A DNA stretch of 64,000 nt from a virus: IMG/VR virus record IMGVR_UViG_3300017788_000011, positions 32,001-96,000 of that record. One strand, given 5' to 3'. Shown here in pieces: positions 41,737 to 49,869 of the stretch. How positions within the stretch are numbered: the stretch's first letter is position 1; each line of letters opens with the position of its first letter. The notes under the pieces are model-generated. The model ran no database searches, had not been told where the DNA came from, and was given only the letters and a program-made list of their open reading frames with translations. The translations under genes and the position numbers were made by a program.

Positions 41737-42750
41737 ATGAGTCAACTTTTTAAAAAAGTAGCCTGTTTTACAGATATACATTACGGATTGAAATCTAACT
41801 CTGCTGTTCATAATCAAGACTGCGATGAGTTCGTAGATTGGTTCATTGCCAACGCCAAGCGTGAGGGTTGTGAAACTGGGATGTTTCTTGGTGATTGGCA
41901 CCACAATCGTAATTCATTGAATATCACAACCATGGACTATAGTCTTCGGGCTTTGGAAAAACTTGGCAAAGCCTTTGACCAATTCTTTTTCTTTCCGGGC
42001 AATCACGACCTATATTACAAAGACAAACGTGACATTCACAGCGTTGAGTTTGGCAAATATGTTCCAGGAATCGAAGTAGTTCGGGAAGTACTCACAGATG
42101 GAGAAGTTACCATGTGTCCCTGGTTAGTAGGGGATGAGTGGAAAAAGATGGAAAAATTAAACAGTCGGTATGTGTTTGGTCACTTTGAACTACCGCTGTT
42201 TATGATGAATGCCATGGTTCAAATGCCAGACCACGGTGAGTTACAGGCACATCATTTTAAAAATCCTGAATATGTATTTTCAGGACACTTCCATAAACGA
42301 CAGGCCAAAGAAAATATTGTGTACATTGGCAATGCCTTTCCGCACAATTATGCAGATACCTGGGACGATGATCGAGGAATGATGATTCTCGAATGGGGAG
42401 GTAAACCTAAATACCTCAATTGGGATCACTGTCCTAAATTTAAAACTGTTAAACTCAGTGAATTAATTGACAAGCAACAGGAACTGTGTTTACCTAAAAC
42501 ACATTTCAGAGTAAGTTTAGACATTGATGTCAGTTTTGAAGAAGCCAGTTATATCAAAGAAACTTTTATGAATCAGTATGAAATCAGAGAATTGACTCTG
42601 ATTCCAGAAAAGAAAGAAGTAGAAATCAACACAGACCTCAGTGTTGAACAGTTTGAAAGTGTGGATCAAATTGTGTCTTCACAGATTCTCAGCATCGAAT
42701 CCGACAATTATGATCCCAAAGTTTTGTTAAACATTTACAATAACCTATGA
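41737..42750 (+). CDS. gp47: Recombination nuclease subunit, gp47 (Mre11/SbcD-like)
   Basis: Metallophosphoesterase motifs DIHYG, GDWHH, GNHD, GHFE and SGHFH. Confidence 0.92.
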   Translation: MSQLFKKVACFTDIHYGLKSNSAVHNQDCDEFVDWFIANAKREGCETGMFLGDWHHNRNSLNITTMDYSLRALEKLGKAFDQFFFFPGNHDLYYKDKRDIHSVEFGKYVPGIEVVREVLTDGEVTMCPWLVGDEWKKMEKLNSRYVFGHFELPLFMMNAMVQMPDHGELQAHHFKNPEYVFSGHFHKRQAKENIVYIGNAFPHNYADTWDDDRGMMILEWGGKPKYLNWDHCPKFKTVKLSELIDKQQELCLPKTHFRVSLDIDVSFEEASYIKETFMNQYEIRELTLIPEKKEVEINTDLSVEQFESVDQIVSSQILSIESDNYDPKVLLNIYNNL

Positions 42751-44525
42751 TAAAAATAAAAGATCTTACAGTAAAGAATTTTATGAGCGTGGGTAATCAG
42801 ACCCAGGCTGTGGATTTTGGCAAAGAACAGTTGACCTTGGTGTTAGGTGAAAATCTCGATATGGGCGGTGATGACAACGGTTCGCGCAACGGCACAGGTA
42901 AAACAACTATTATCAATGCTCTGAGTTATGCACTTTACGGCAATGCCCTGACTAACATTAAAAAAGACAATCTTATCAACAAAATCAACGGTAAGAACAT
43001 GTTGGTAACACTACATTTCGAAACCAACGGCACTGACTATAGAATCGAGCGGGGTCGTAAACCCAACGTCTTTAAATTCTTTATCGACGGTCAGGAAAGT
43101 ATAGCAGAAGATCAAGACGAAAGCCAAGGCGACAGCCGAGAAACACAAAAAGACCTCGATACTCTGTTGGGCATGAGCCACGATATGTTTAAGCACATCA
43201 TTGCTCTTAACACCTACACTGAGCCTTTTCTATCTATGAAGGCCAACGAACAGCGGGACATCATTGAACAACTGCTGGGGATTACTCTGCTGTCAGAAAA
43301 ATCAGAGTTGTTGAAAGAACAGATTAGGCTGACCAAAGAACAGATTGCCAGCGAATCTGCAAAAATCGAAGCAATTAAAAATGCCAATGTTAAAATTCAA
43401 GAAACCATTGACAGTCTCGAAACCAAACAAAGTGCTTGGCGAACACAGCAAAAAGCCGACTGCGATAAGATCGATGCTGTGATCAAAGAACTACAAAACG
43501 TAGACATTGATCACGAATTAACGCAACATGAAAAATTAAAAGTCTATGACGAACAAGCGGCCAAAATTAAAAGTCTCAACAAAGAAAAGTCTACATTTGA
43601 AACTGCGCTGATACAGGCAGATAAAGCAGTTAAAAAATACGAAAAAGAAGTATTACAGTTATCAAACAATACCTGTCCGGCCTGCGAACAAAATTTACAA
43701 GATCACAGGCACACCGAAATGATCTCTGCGGCTAACAAAAATTTAGATGATGCAAAAAAATATGCTGAAACTATTCAAACAGAATTGTCAGCAGTGATCA
43801 AAGAGTTAGAAGATATTGGCGATATCAACGGTCGACCAGACACATTCTACGAAACTATCAACGAAGCATTGAAGCATCAAAATAATTTAAACACATTGAT
43901 AACACAACTTGATGAGAAATCCAAGGCCACAGATCCTTATCAAGAGCAGATCGACGAATTAAAAAACACTGCTCTACAAGAATTTGACTGGGAAGTTGTC
44001 AACACTCTGACAACCTTGAAAGAACATCAAGAGTTCTTGCTGAAGTTATTGACCAGTAAGGACAGTTTTATTCGTAAGAAAATCATCGATCAAAACTTGG
44101 CCTATCTCAACAATAGACTTACTTACTATCTTGACAAGGTAGGATTACCACACACAGTGGTATTTCAAAATGATTTAAATGTGGAAATTACACAGTTAGG
44201 GCAGGATCTTGATTTTGATAATCTCTCCAGAGGAGAACGCAATCGTTTGATTCTTGGCCTATCATGGGCATTCCGTGATGTATGGGAAAGCCTATATCAG
44301 AACATTAATTTGCTGTTCATTGACGAACTGATTGACAGCGGTATGGACGCCAGCGGTGTTGAAAACTGTCTGAGCATTCTTAAGAAAATGGGTAGAGAAC
44401 GTAAGAAAAACATTTATTTGATCAGTCACAAGGATGAATTGATTGGTCGTATGAACAATGTTTTGCGAGTAATTAAAGAAAACGGATTTACCAGTTATTC
44501 AACAGATCTTGAAATAAGTGAATAA
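42747..44525 (+). CDS. gp46: Recombination ATPase subunit, gp46 (Rad50/SbcC-like)
   Basis: Walker A NGTGKTT, coiled coil with CPAC zinc hook, LSRGE signature, Walker B FIDE and ISH. Confidence 0.92.
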   Translation: MIKIKDLTVKNFMSVGNQTQAVDFGKEQLTLVLGENLDMGGDDNGSRNGTGKTTIINALSYALYGNALTNIKKDNLINKINGKNMLVTLHFETNGTDYRIERGRKPNVFKFFIDGQESIAEDQDESQGDSRETQKDLDTLLGMSHDMFKHIIALNTYTEPFLSMKANEQRDIIEQLLGITLLSEKSELLKEQIRLTKEQIASESAKIEAIKNANVKIQETIDSLETKQSAWRTQQKADCDKIDAVIKELQNVDIDHELTQHEKLKVYDEQAAKIKSLNKEKSTFETALIQADKAVKKYEKEVLQLSNNTCPACEQNLQDHRHTEMISAANKNLDDAKKYAETIQTELSAVIKELEDIGDINGRPDTFYETINEALKHQNNLNTLITQLDEKSKATDPYQEQIDELKNTALQEFDWEVVNTLTTLKEHQEFLLKLLTSKDSFIRKKIIDQNLAYLNNRLTYYLDKVGLPHTVVFQNDLNVEITQLGQDLDFDNLSRGERNRLILGLSWAFRDVWESLYQNINLLFIDELIDSGMDASGVENCLSILKKMGRERKKNIYLISHKDELIGRMNNVLRVIKENGFTSYSTDLEISE

Positions 44526-44751
44526 TAGAGAAACAGAATTTGATGAGAAATTGATCAGGGCCTTTCAGGAATACCTAAGATACAGCGATAGGTGGATCCG
44601 CAGAGGCTCTGGAGGTGCGGCCATAAAAGCCAGAAATTATCTCCTTGAAATACACAAAATGACCAAACAAAGGCGCAAAGAAATTTACGATCAACGGGCA
44701 GAACTTAAAATTCAAAAACAACAGGCAAAACAAAATCCACAAGATACATAA
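44518..44751 (+). CDS. Small basic helical protein, possibly nucleic-acid binding
   Basis: 77 aa, GTG start, Lys/Arg-rich AAIKARNYL.EI.K..KQRRKEI. Confidence 0.55.
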   Translation: MNNRETEFDEKLIRAFQEYLRYSDRWIRRGSGGAAIKARNYLLEIHKMTKQRRKEIYDQRAELKIQKQQAKQNPQDT

Positions 44752-44754
44752 TGC

Positions 44755-45189
44755 GTGTCGTGGCTTTATCAAAATCAAATAGTTGAAGAAATACCCGAAG
44801 GCTATATTGGCTTCGTTTATCTCGTCACCAATCTAAAAACCGGGCAAAAGTACATAGGCAAGAAACTTGCACAATTCAAACGTACTAAACCACCACTCAA
44901 AGGCAAAAAACTTAAACGTAGATCTGTAGTAGAAAGCGATTGGCGCGACTACTGGGGTTCTTCTGATAGGTTAAACGCAGACGTTCAACAATTAGGCCCG
45001 GAAAATTTTACCAGAGAAATACTGTATTACTGTACCAGCAAGGCAGAAATGAGTTATATAGAAGCTCGCGAACAGTTTGATCGTCGTGTACTGGAATCCG
45101 ATGAATACTACAACGGAATCATCAATTGTAGAATAGGCGGATCAGAAAAACTCAGAAAAGCCTTGGCAGAACATAGGCAAAAAACATAG
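44755..45189 (+). CDS. GIY-YIG (Seg-like) endonuclease, catalytic domain only
   Basis: GFVY...KYIGKK, YWGSS, FTREIL, conserved E in YIEAREQ and YYN; 144 aa with no C-terminal DNA-binding repeats. Confidence 0.8.
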   Translation: MSWLYQNQIVEEIPEGYIGFVYLVTNLKTGQKYIGKKLAQFKRTKPPLKGKKLKRRSVVESDWRDYWGSSDRLNADVQQLGPENFTREILYYCTSKAEMSYIEAREQFDRRVLESDEYYNGIINCRIGGSEKLRKALAEHRQKT

Positions 45190-45560
45190 CAACGTGGTTT
45201 GGTCGGGGTAGCTCGACTCACCTTGAGGCAGCCGAGGTAAGGCTCGTAGCCGTCAGATACTGGTGTGTTGCACGGAAGAAGTTAACGTAAGGCTTCAAAA
45301 GATTGGGCTCTGTGAAAAAGATACAACCCATGGGTAAGTAGTTTCGCTTGATAGGGACTGTCTGCCTTCCGCGACTATTCGCGAATCTGGAGTAGGGGGT
45401 TTCAGGGTTGCCGCCTCCGCACGTAGCACATTTTATACAATATCGTTGAGTATTGTACAGAATATGTTACATAATCTCCTTTATCAAGAGTGGCTGTTGT
45501 ACTCGGATAATGCCATTTATTTGCCCGGAAACGGGCGAATTGTGACCATAATATCTGGAT
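45190..45560 (+). ncRNA. Candidate large structured RNA (family not recognised)
   Basis: ORF-free and visibly GC-richer than its flanks. Many local hairpins with G-U pairs, a GAAA tetraloop (45519-45540), nested long-range pairings and a possible pseudoknot (45347-45356 with 45479-45488). Confidence 0.55.
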
Positions 45561-45568
45561 AATCTTAA

Positions 45569-45651
45569 AGTGCTTCGCACTAAAAATAAATCAAAGAAAA
45601 GAAAAAATGTGTTTGAGCGCAAGCGAAAACACAGACGAACGTAGTTCGTCT
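45569..45651. other. Cluster of three short hairpins
   Basis: AGTGC-ttc-GCACT (45569-45581); TGTGTTT...AAACACA (45608-45633); AGACGAAC-gta-GTTCGTCT (45633-45651). Confidence 0.6.
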
Positions 45652-45687
45652 TCCGATAAATATCATATCAACAAAAAGATTTCAACT

Positions 45688-46662
45688 ATGCTACTTAGAG
45701 AATTATTCGAAGCACCAGGCGTAATATTAGGTCCTGATGGAAAACCTTTTGACACAGATAATCAAAAGCCTATATCAAAGCCTACTTCTGATCCCAAAGA
45801 ATTAGAAAAGCAGGTGTTAGAAAAAAACAAAACATCTGGTTTTGCCAAGGCAAAATCAATAGGTGGCACCATGGGTGCTGGCATGTCATGGCTCAGCAGA
45901 GCAGGGCTGGCTGTGTTATTTTACGATTATTGGACCACAGTCAGTGCCGCAGAAGAATCTCTAAAAAATAATGAAATCACTCAACAAAACTTCGATGCCA
46001 TACGTCAGTGGAAAATTGGCGAGCTAATATTAGCATTCTCTTCAAAATATCTTGTAAAGATTCCCGCCAATTTGTTTTTTAACTTACCAATAAAAACCGC
46101 AGGATTAGCAGTCAAAGGCAGTGCTGCCGTAATAGCCACAGCACCCAGTTTAATATCTGCAACTGCCACAGGCACTGGCAAAGGTCTGGGACTAATTGGG
46201 AAAATATTTGGAAAAACTCGCGTAGGTCGAGGACTACAAGTTGTAGGCAAGGGAGCAGAAAAAACCGGCGAATGGTTGGGCATAGGTGGTAATAAAATTA
46301 AGTTAGCCGGGGATCGAGCATTTACCATAGCACAGAGCGGGGATGTTCTTGTTGATTTTGCCTCTGAAAGTTTTAGAGCTTGGCTTACTATTGTGATACA
46401 AACTGATGCAGGTAAAAAGTTCTTCTCTGAAACATTGCCTGAAGTAATACAGTATCCAGGTAGATGGTATGAAATATTTGAAACTATTGCTGTTAATCTT
46501 TTTGACATATATGTCAAAGACAGTGTAGAACAAGATAAAAAAGAATCTGCGGCAAAACCAGAAGCAGAACCAGGAAAGCCAGCATCGCCGCCAGCCAAAG
46601 ATTCTGGAGTTACAAACTTGCCAGGTGTTCCTGGAGATTTTACTGGAACAATTAAGTTTTAA
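45688..46662 (+). CDS. Hypothetical late protein, possibly an internal/ejected virion protein
   Basis: Start re-assigned to ATG 45688 (MLLRELFE) downstream of TAAATA 45657-45662; Gly/Ala-rich hydrophobic segments. Confidence 0.6.
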   Translation: MLLRELFEAPGVILGPDGKPFDTDNQKPISKPTSDPKELEKQVLEKNKTSGFAKAKSIGGTMGAGMSWLSRAGLAVLFYDYWTTVSAAEESLKNNEITQQNFDAIRQWKIGELILAFSSKYLVKIPANLFFNLPIKTAGLAVKGSAAVIATAPSLISATATGTGKGLGLIGKIFGKTRVGRGLQVVGKGAEKTGEWLGIGGNKIKLAGDRAFTIAQSGDVLVDFASESFRAWLTIVIQTDAGKKFFSETLPEVIQYPGRWYEIFETIAVNLFDIYVKDSVEQDKKESAAKPEAEPGKPASPPAKDSGVTNLPGVPGDFTGTIKF

Positions 46663-46883
46663 ATTACATTAAGACCTGTTTTTTGTGTGGTCTTGATGTT
46701 GTCTTCTACAATCTTGCTCATGATTTCTCTGTCTTCGGGACCAAGATTGTACAGCAGATCGCTGACTGAAACTCCGCCTCGCATGTACCAGCACAGTCTA
46801 TAAATGTCGTCTCGCAACCTTTTAGACTCGAGTTCAAGATCTTTTACATACTGTATGATCTCAGACTCGTCGAGTGTGATCAT
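46659..46883 (-). CDS. Tail assembly chaperone-like small ORF (possible frameshift extension of the upstream gene)
   Basis: 74 aa in the -1 frame relative to the upstream ORF, ATGA overlap, no SD; motif CWYMRGGVS...REIM. Confidence 0.6.
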   Translation of the reverse strand: MITLDESEIIQYVKDLELESKRLRDDIYRLCWYMRGGVSVSDLLYNLGPEDREIMSKIVEDNIKTTQKTGLNVI

Positions 46884-47701
46884 GCGCTCACGAAAAAATC
46901 CGATTGGTCAAACGTGATGTTTAGTTTATACTCTTTGGCGCATTCACTACAACTGACCTGTTGTGCAGGTATTTTCCAAAGTTCATTTTGTTTTTCAATG
47001 TGAGATTTAATAGTCGAATAGACTAAGAGATCACTGTTTTTAATAAAATCAATAATGGCCTGTTTGTCTGATTCTGACTCGCCTTCACCTTCTACATAGT
47101 CAATTATGCTGACCACTGTTTTACTCTGTAAATTGGCTAATTTTTTAAACTGTTCTGTGATAAATTTGTCTTTGTCTTCTTCAGTCATACCTGTCAAGTC
47201 AGCAGCCAACTGTTTTCTATACACGTACTGTTCTTGATTAAATTTGGTAGATGTTTCGTAGTCTAAAGGTTTTAAGTGAAATGTTAACTCGTTGATTTTC
47301 ACAGTGTCTTGCCACTCAAGATTATTATAGTGTTCTAACATTTTTGTAAGACTACAACTGTGATCATTGTCTGTGCCGCAGTGTGGGCACTTAGAGCTCA
47401 TGGTAATTTCCTCACCGTAACTGGCTATTCGCATGGCAATTAAGCAAACGTCTATGTCAATGGTAGGCAGTTTTTTTGGATCTTTAATTGTAGGAATACA
47501 ACTTTTGATCACGTCTGCGGTGGCTGTGCCATTGAACAGTGCATCAGGAGTCTTTAAGGTTAACTCGTCAAAACCACTCATGGAAAACACAGGTATATCT
47601 GTAAAAGATCCCTGTAGATTATCCTGAGGCTGATACTTGCCCTGACTGGGCAGAGTAATATAGATTTTTGGTAATCGTTGATATTTTTGTAAAAAGCTCA
47701 T
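46880..47701 (-). CDS. Baseplate hub assembly/tail chaperone protein, gp26-like
   Basis: ITLPS.G, D.D..LIAMRIASYGE, two CxxC (CPHC, CSEC) and C-terminal DFF; exact TATAAATA upstream (47739-47732). Confidence 0.7.
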   Translation of the reverse strand: MSFLQKYQRLPKIYITLPSQGKYQPQDNLQGSFTDIPVFSMSGFDELTLKTPDALFNGTATADVIKSCIPTIKDPKKLPTIDIDVCLIAMRIASYGEEITMSSKCPHCGTDNDHSCSLTKMLEHYNNLEWQDTVKINELTFHLKPLDYETSTKFNQEQYVYRKQLAADLTGMTEEDKDKFITEQFKKLANLQSKTVVSIIDYVEGEGESESDKQAIIDFIKNSDLLVYSTIKSHIEKQNELWKIPAQQVSCSECAKEYKLNITFDQSDFFVSA

Positions 47702-47714
47702 AATTTTAATTTGG

Positions 47715-47739
47715 TAAATATATTGTCAGTGTATTTATA
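47715..47739. promoter_or_regulatory. Pair of T4-like late promoters on opposite strands
   Basis: TAAATA on + at 47715-47720 and TATAAATA on - at 47739-47732, serving the two divergent genes. Confidence 0.7.
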
Positions 47740-47763
47740 TACGCATTTTTCTGGGGAAAAACT

Positions 47764-49866
47764 TTGGGTACAGTATATGTAAGAGGCGGCAAAGATCTTG
47801 ACGGTGCAACATTTGTTGACGCTGCCTCGGATTCAACATTAAGAGAATTAATCGCCGCAGTCAAAGGTGTGGCTCCTAAAATTGACGAAGCCGTAGAAAC
47901 TAAGACTGACGGAATTGTTACTCCGGTTAAACAGGGCAGTGAGGCGTTGAAAAACGCAGCCAAAAAAGGTGCCAGTACAATCATGGACCTGGCTCGAGAT
48001 TTTTCTGCAGGCGGAGTAAAAACCAGCCAATTAACACAAGCACTGGGCGATTTAGTTGATCCCACAGGATTGGCTACTCGAGCAATTACCGGAATGTTTG
48101 AATACGGTGAAAAAAGTAATGAAGTGCTGAAAGACCTCAGCACAACAGGTATGTCATTTGGCGGCAGTATTGAAGAACTGCGACAACAGGCTGCAGGAAC
48201 AAGACTGAGCTTTCAAGAGTTTCAGCAGGTCATGCGTATTAATCAAGAACAGATAGCCATGATGGGAGCCACTGGTAAAGATGCTGCCAGAAACTTTACC
48301 TCCTTTAGCAAACAGTTCATGGATTCGCCGTTTGCCGGTGAACTGTTAAACATGGGCTACAACTTTGAAGAAATCAACGGTATGCTGGCCACCTACGGTG
48401 CAATGACGGCTACTTCAAATAGAGATCGTCTTGGTGCTGACAGTAATCAAGTACAGGCAGCCATGGCCCTGGCCAAAGAAATGGATACCATTTCAAAGCT
48501 CACTGGTAAGAACAGAGAAGAACTACAAAAAGAAATGGCCGGCCGGGCAAGAAATGGTCAAGTACAGGCGTTCTTAATGGGACAAAGTGCAGACGCAGCC
48601 ACAGCATTTAATACTTCTATGAGCAGTATGGGTGCTACATTAGGCAAAGATTTTGAAAAATTAGCGCAAGATATTATTATTCGTGGCTTCCCGGCCAAAG
48701 ACATGGCGGCTATGGCAGCATTATACGGCGATTCTGTGAACAAAATGCAGGAAGCCAAGCAGGCCTACGAACGTGGTGATATGGCCGGTTACACAAAGTT
48801 AATGAATGAAGCACAGGCAGAAGCACAGAAGTTTCAAAGATCCCAAGAAGGCCGACAGTTAGCCATGTTGGGAGATGCTTCTCAAGTAACTCAAATGGTA
48901 GTAAACAATGGTAGTGCCATGGCAGTGTCGTTGGCAAGAATGGAAGAAGCCGCAAAAAAATATCCAGAATTAGCCGGAGACGAAGTAAAATTAAGAGAAA
49001 AAGTTCTGGAAGAAATTAAAGCACAACAGGCACAAGAAGCCGCAGGAGGGGATAAGACCACAGCGGCTCTAAACAAATTAGATCAAGCCAGTAGAGATGC
49101 ATCTTTGGCTTTAACCAAAGAATTAATAGTACCACTGTCTCAGTCAGTGGGACCAGCACTGCTCAAAGCCGGTGAAGCATTTGGAGCGATGACATCCGAA
49201 AATGTTGCCAGAGCAAAAACCGAACTTGGAGCAGTTGACAAAATTGTCAATGACTATAAAAAGAAAGCAGAAGCACCTATGGCTCCGGCAAATAAACCCG
49301 CGACTGCGCCAACAACTGCTCCCACTGAGTCTACACCTAAACCCGCGACTGCGCCAGCAACTGCTCCAACAGAGTCTACACCTAAACCAAATACGCAACC
49401 TTTTGAATACATTCCTGGATCCAAACCGATCAACAGAGAATTTGGTTCATTAGGCATGACCGGTAAACTGTTTGAAGATTTTGGACAAGGCACATTAGCC
49501 ATGTTGCATGGCAAAGAATCTGTGATAACTCCTGGACAACTTTCAGGATTGATCAGTAAAGCCACAGCAAGACCTATGGCTGTGCCTGAGGGAATGGAAT
49601 CAATGGTGTCAGGTATGACATCCAAAATGCAGACCATGGCACAGACCATGGAAGCCAAAACACTGTCGATGATGGGCAACCAAACTGCTCCAGATGTAAC
49701 CAAGATGTTTGATCCCAAAGTCATGACTGACATGGTTAGTATGTTAGAACAATTAAATACAAATATGACACGGGTCGCTGAAAACACCGCAGAACAGGTG
49801 GGAGTATCAATGAAACAGATTAAAGCAACTCAAGGTCTCAGTGGCGATCTGTTTAAAGGTATATAA
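47764..49866 (+). CDS. Tape-measure-like protein
   Basis: 700 aa, Ala/Gln/Met-rich helical; C-terminal GTLAMLHGKESVITP motif; divergent from the chaperone-like genes; TTG start. Confidence 0.6.
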   Translation: MGTVYVRGGKDLDGATFVDAASDSTLRELIAAVKGVAPKIDEAVETKTDGIVTPVKQGSEALKNAAKKGASTIMDLARDFSAGGVKTSQLTQALGDLVDPTGLATRAITGMFEYGEKSNEVLKDLSTTGMSFGGSIEELRQQAAGTRLSFQEFQQVMRINQEQIAMMGATGKDAARNFTSFSKQFMDSPFAGELLNMGYNFEEINGMLATYGAMTATSNRDRLGADSNQVQAAMALAKEMDTISKLTGKNREELQKEMAGRARNGQVQAFLMGQSADAATAFNTSMSSMGATLGKDFEKLAQDIIIRGFPAKDMAAMAALYGDSVNKMQEAKQAYERGDMAGYTKLMNEAQAEAQKFQRSQEGRQLAMLGDASQVTQMVVNNGSAMAVSLARMEEAAKKYPELAGDEVKLREKVLEEIKAQQAQEAAGGDKTTAALNKLDQASRDASLALTKELIVPLSQSVGPALLKAGEAFGAMTSENVARAKTELGAVDKIVNDYKKKAEAPMAPANKPATAPTTAPTESTPKPATAPATAPTESTPKPNTQPFEYIPGSKPINREFGSLGMTGKLFEDFGQGTLAMLHGKESVITPGQLSGLISKATARPMAVPEGMESMVSGMTSKMQTMAQTMEAKTLSMMGNQTAPDVTKMFDPKVMTDMVSMLEQLNTNMTRVAENTAEQVGVSMKQIKATQGLSGDLFKGI
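49294..49388 (+). repeat. Tandem 45-bp duplication encoding KPATAP(T/A)TAPTESTP twice
   Basis: Units 49294-49338 and 49339-49383 are nearly identical. Confidence 0.9.
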
Positions 49867-49869
49867 TCT

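Noticed and set aside
45201-45280. tRNA-like start GGGGTAGCTC
   Set aside because: No anticodon arm, TTC T-loop or acceptor stem at tRNA spacing; the bases form a local hairpin instead.
45190-45560. Group I or II intron, RNase P RNA or tmRNA
   Set aside because: No recognisable P7 (GACUA/UAGUC) pair, no GUGYG start or domain V, no GAGGAAAGUCC and no tmRNA termini; the flanking genes do not look split.
45607-45687. N-terminal extension of the 351-aa ORF in the track
   Set aside because: It overlaps the hairpin cluster and starts upstream of the TAAATA promoter; ATG 45688 is the more plausible start.
46005-46598. 197-aa minus-strand ORF, and similar antisense ORFs at 49254-49787, 52596-53111, 52762-53256 and 54946-55458
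   Set aside because: Shadow frames of well-supported genes on the other strand, with no SD or recognisable motifs.
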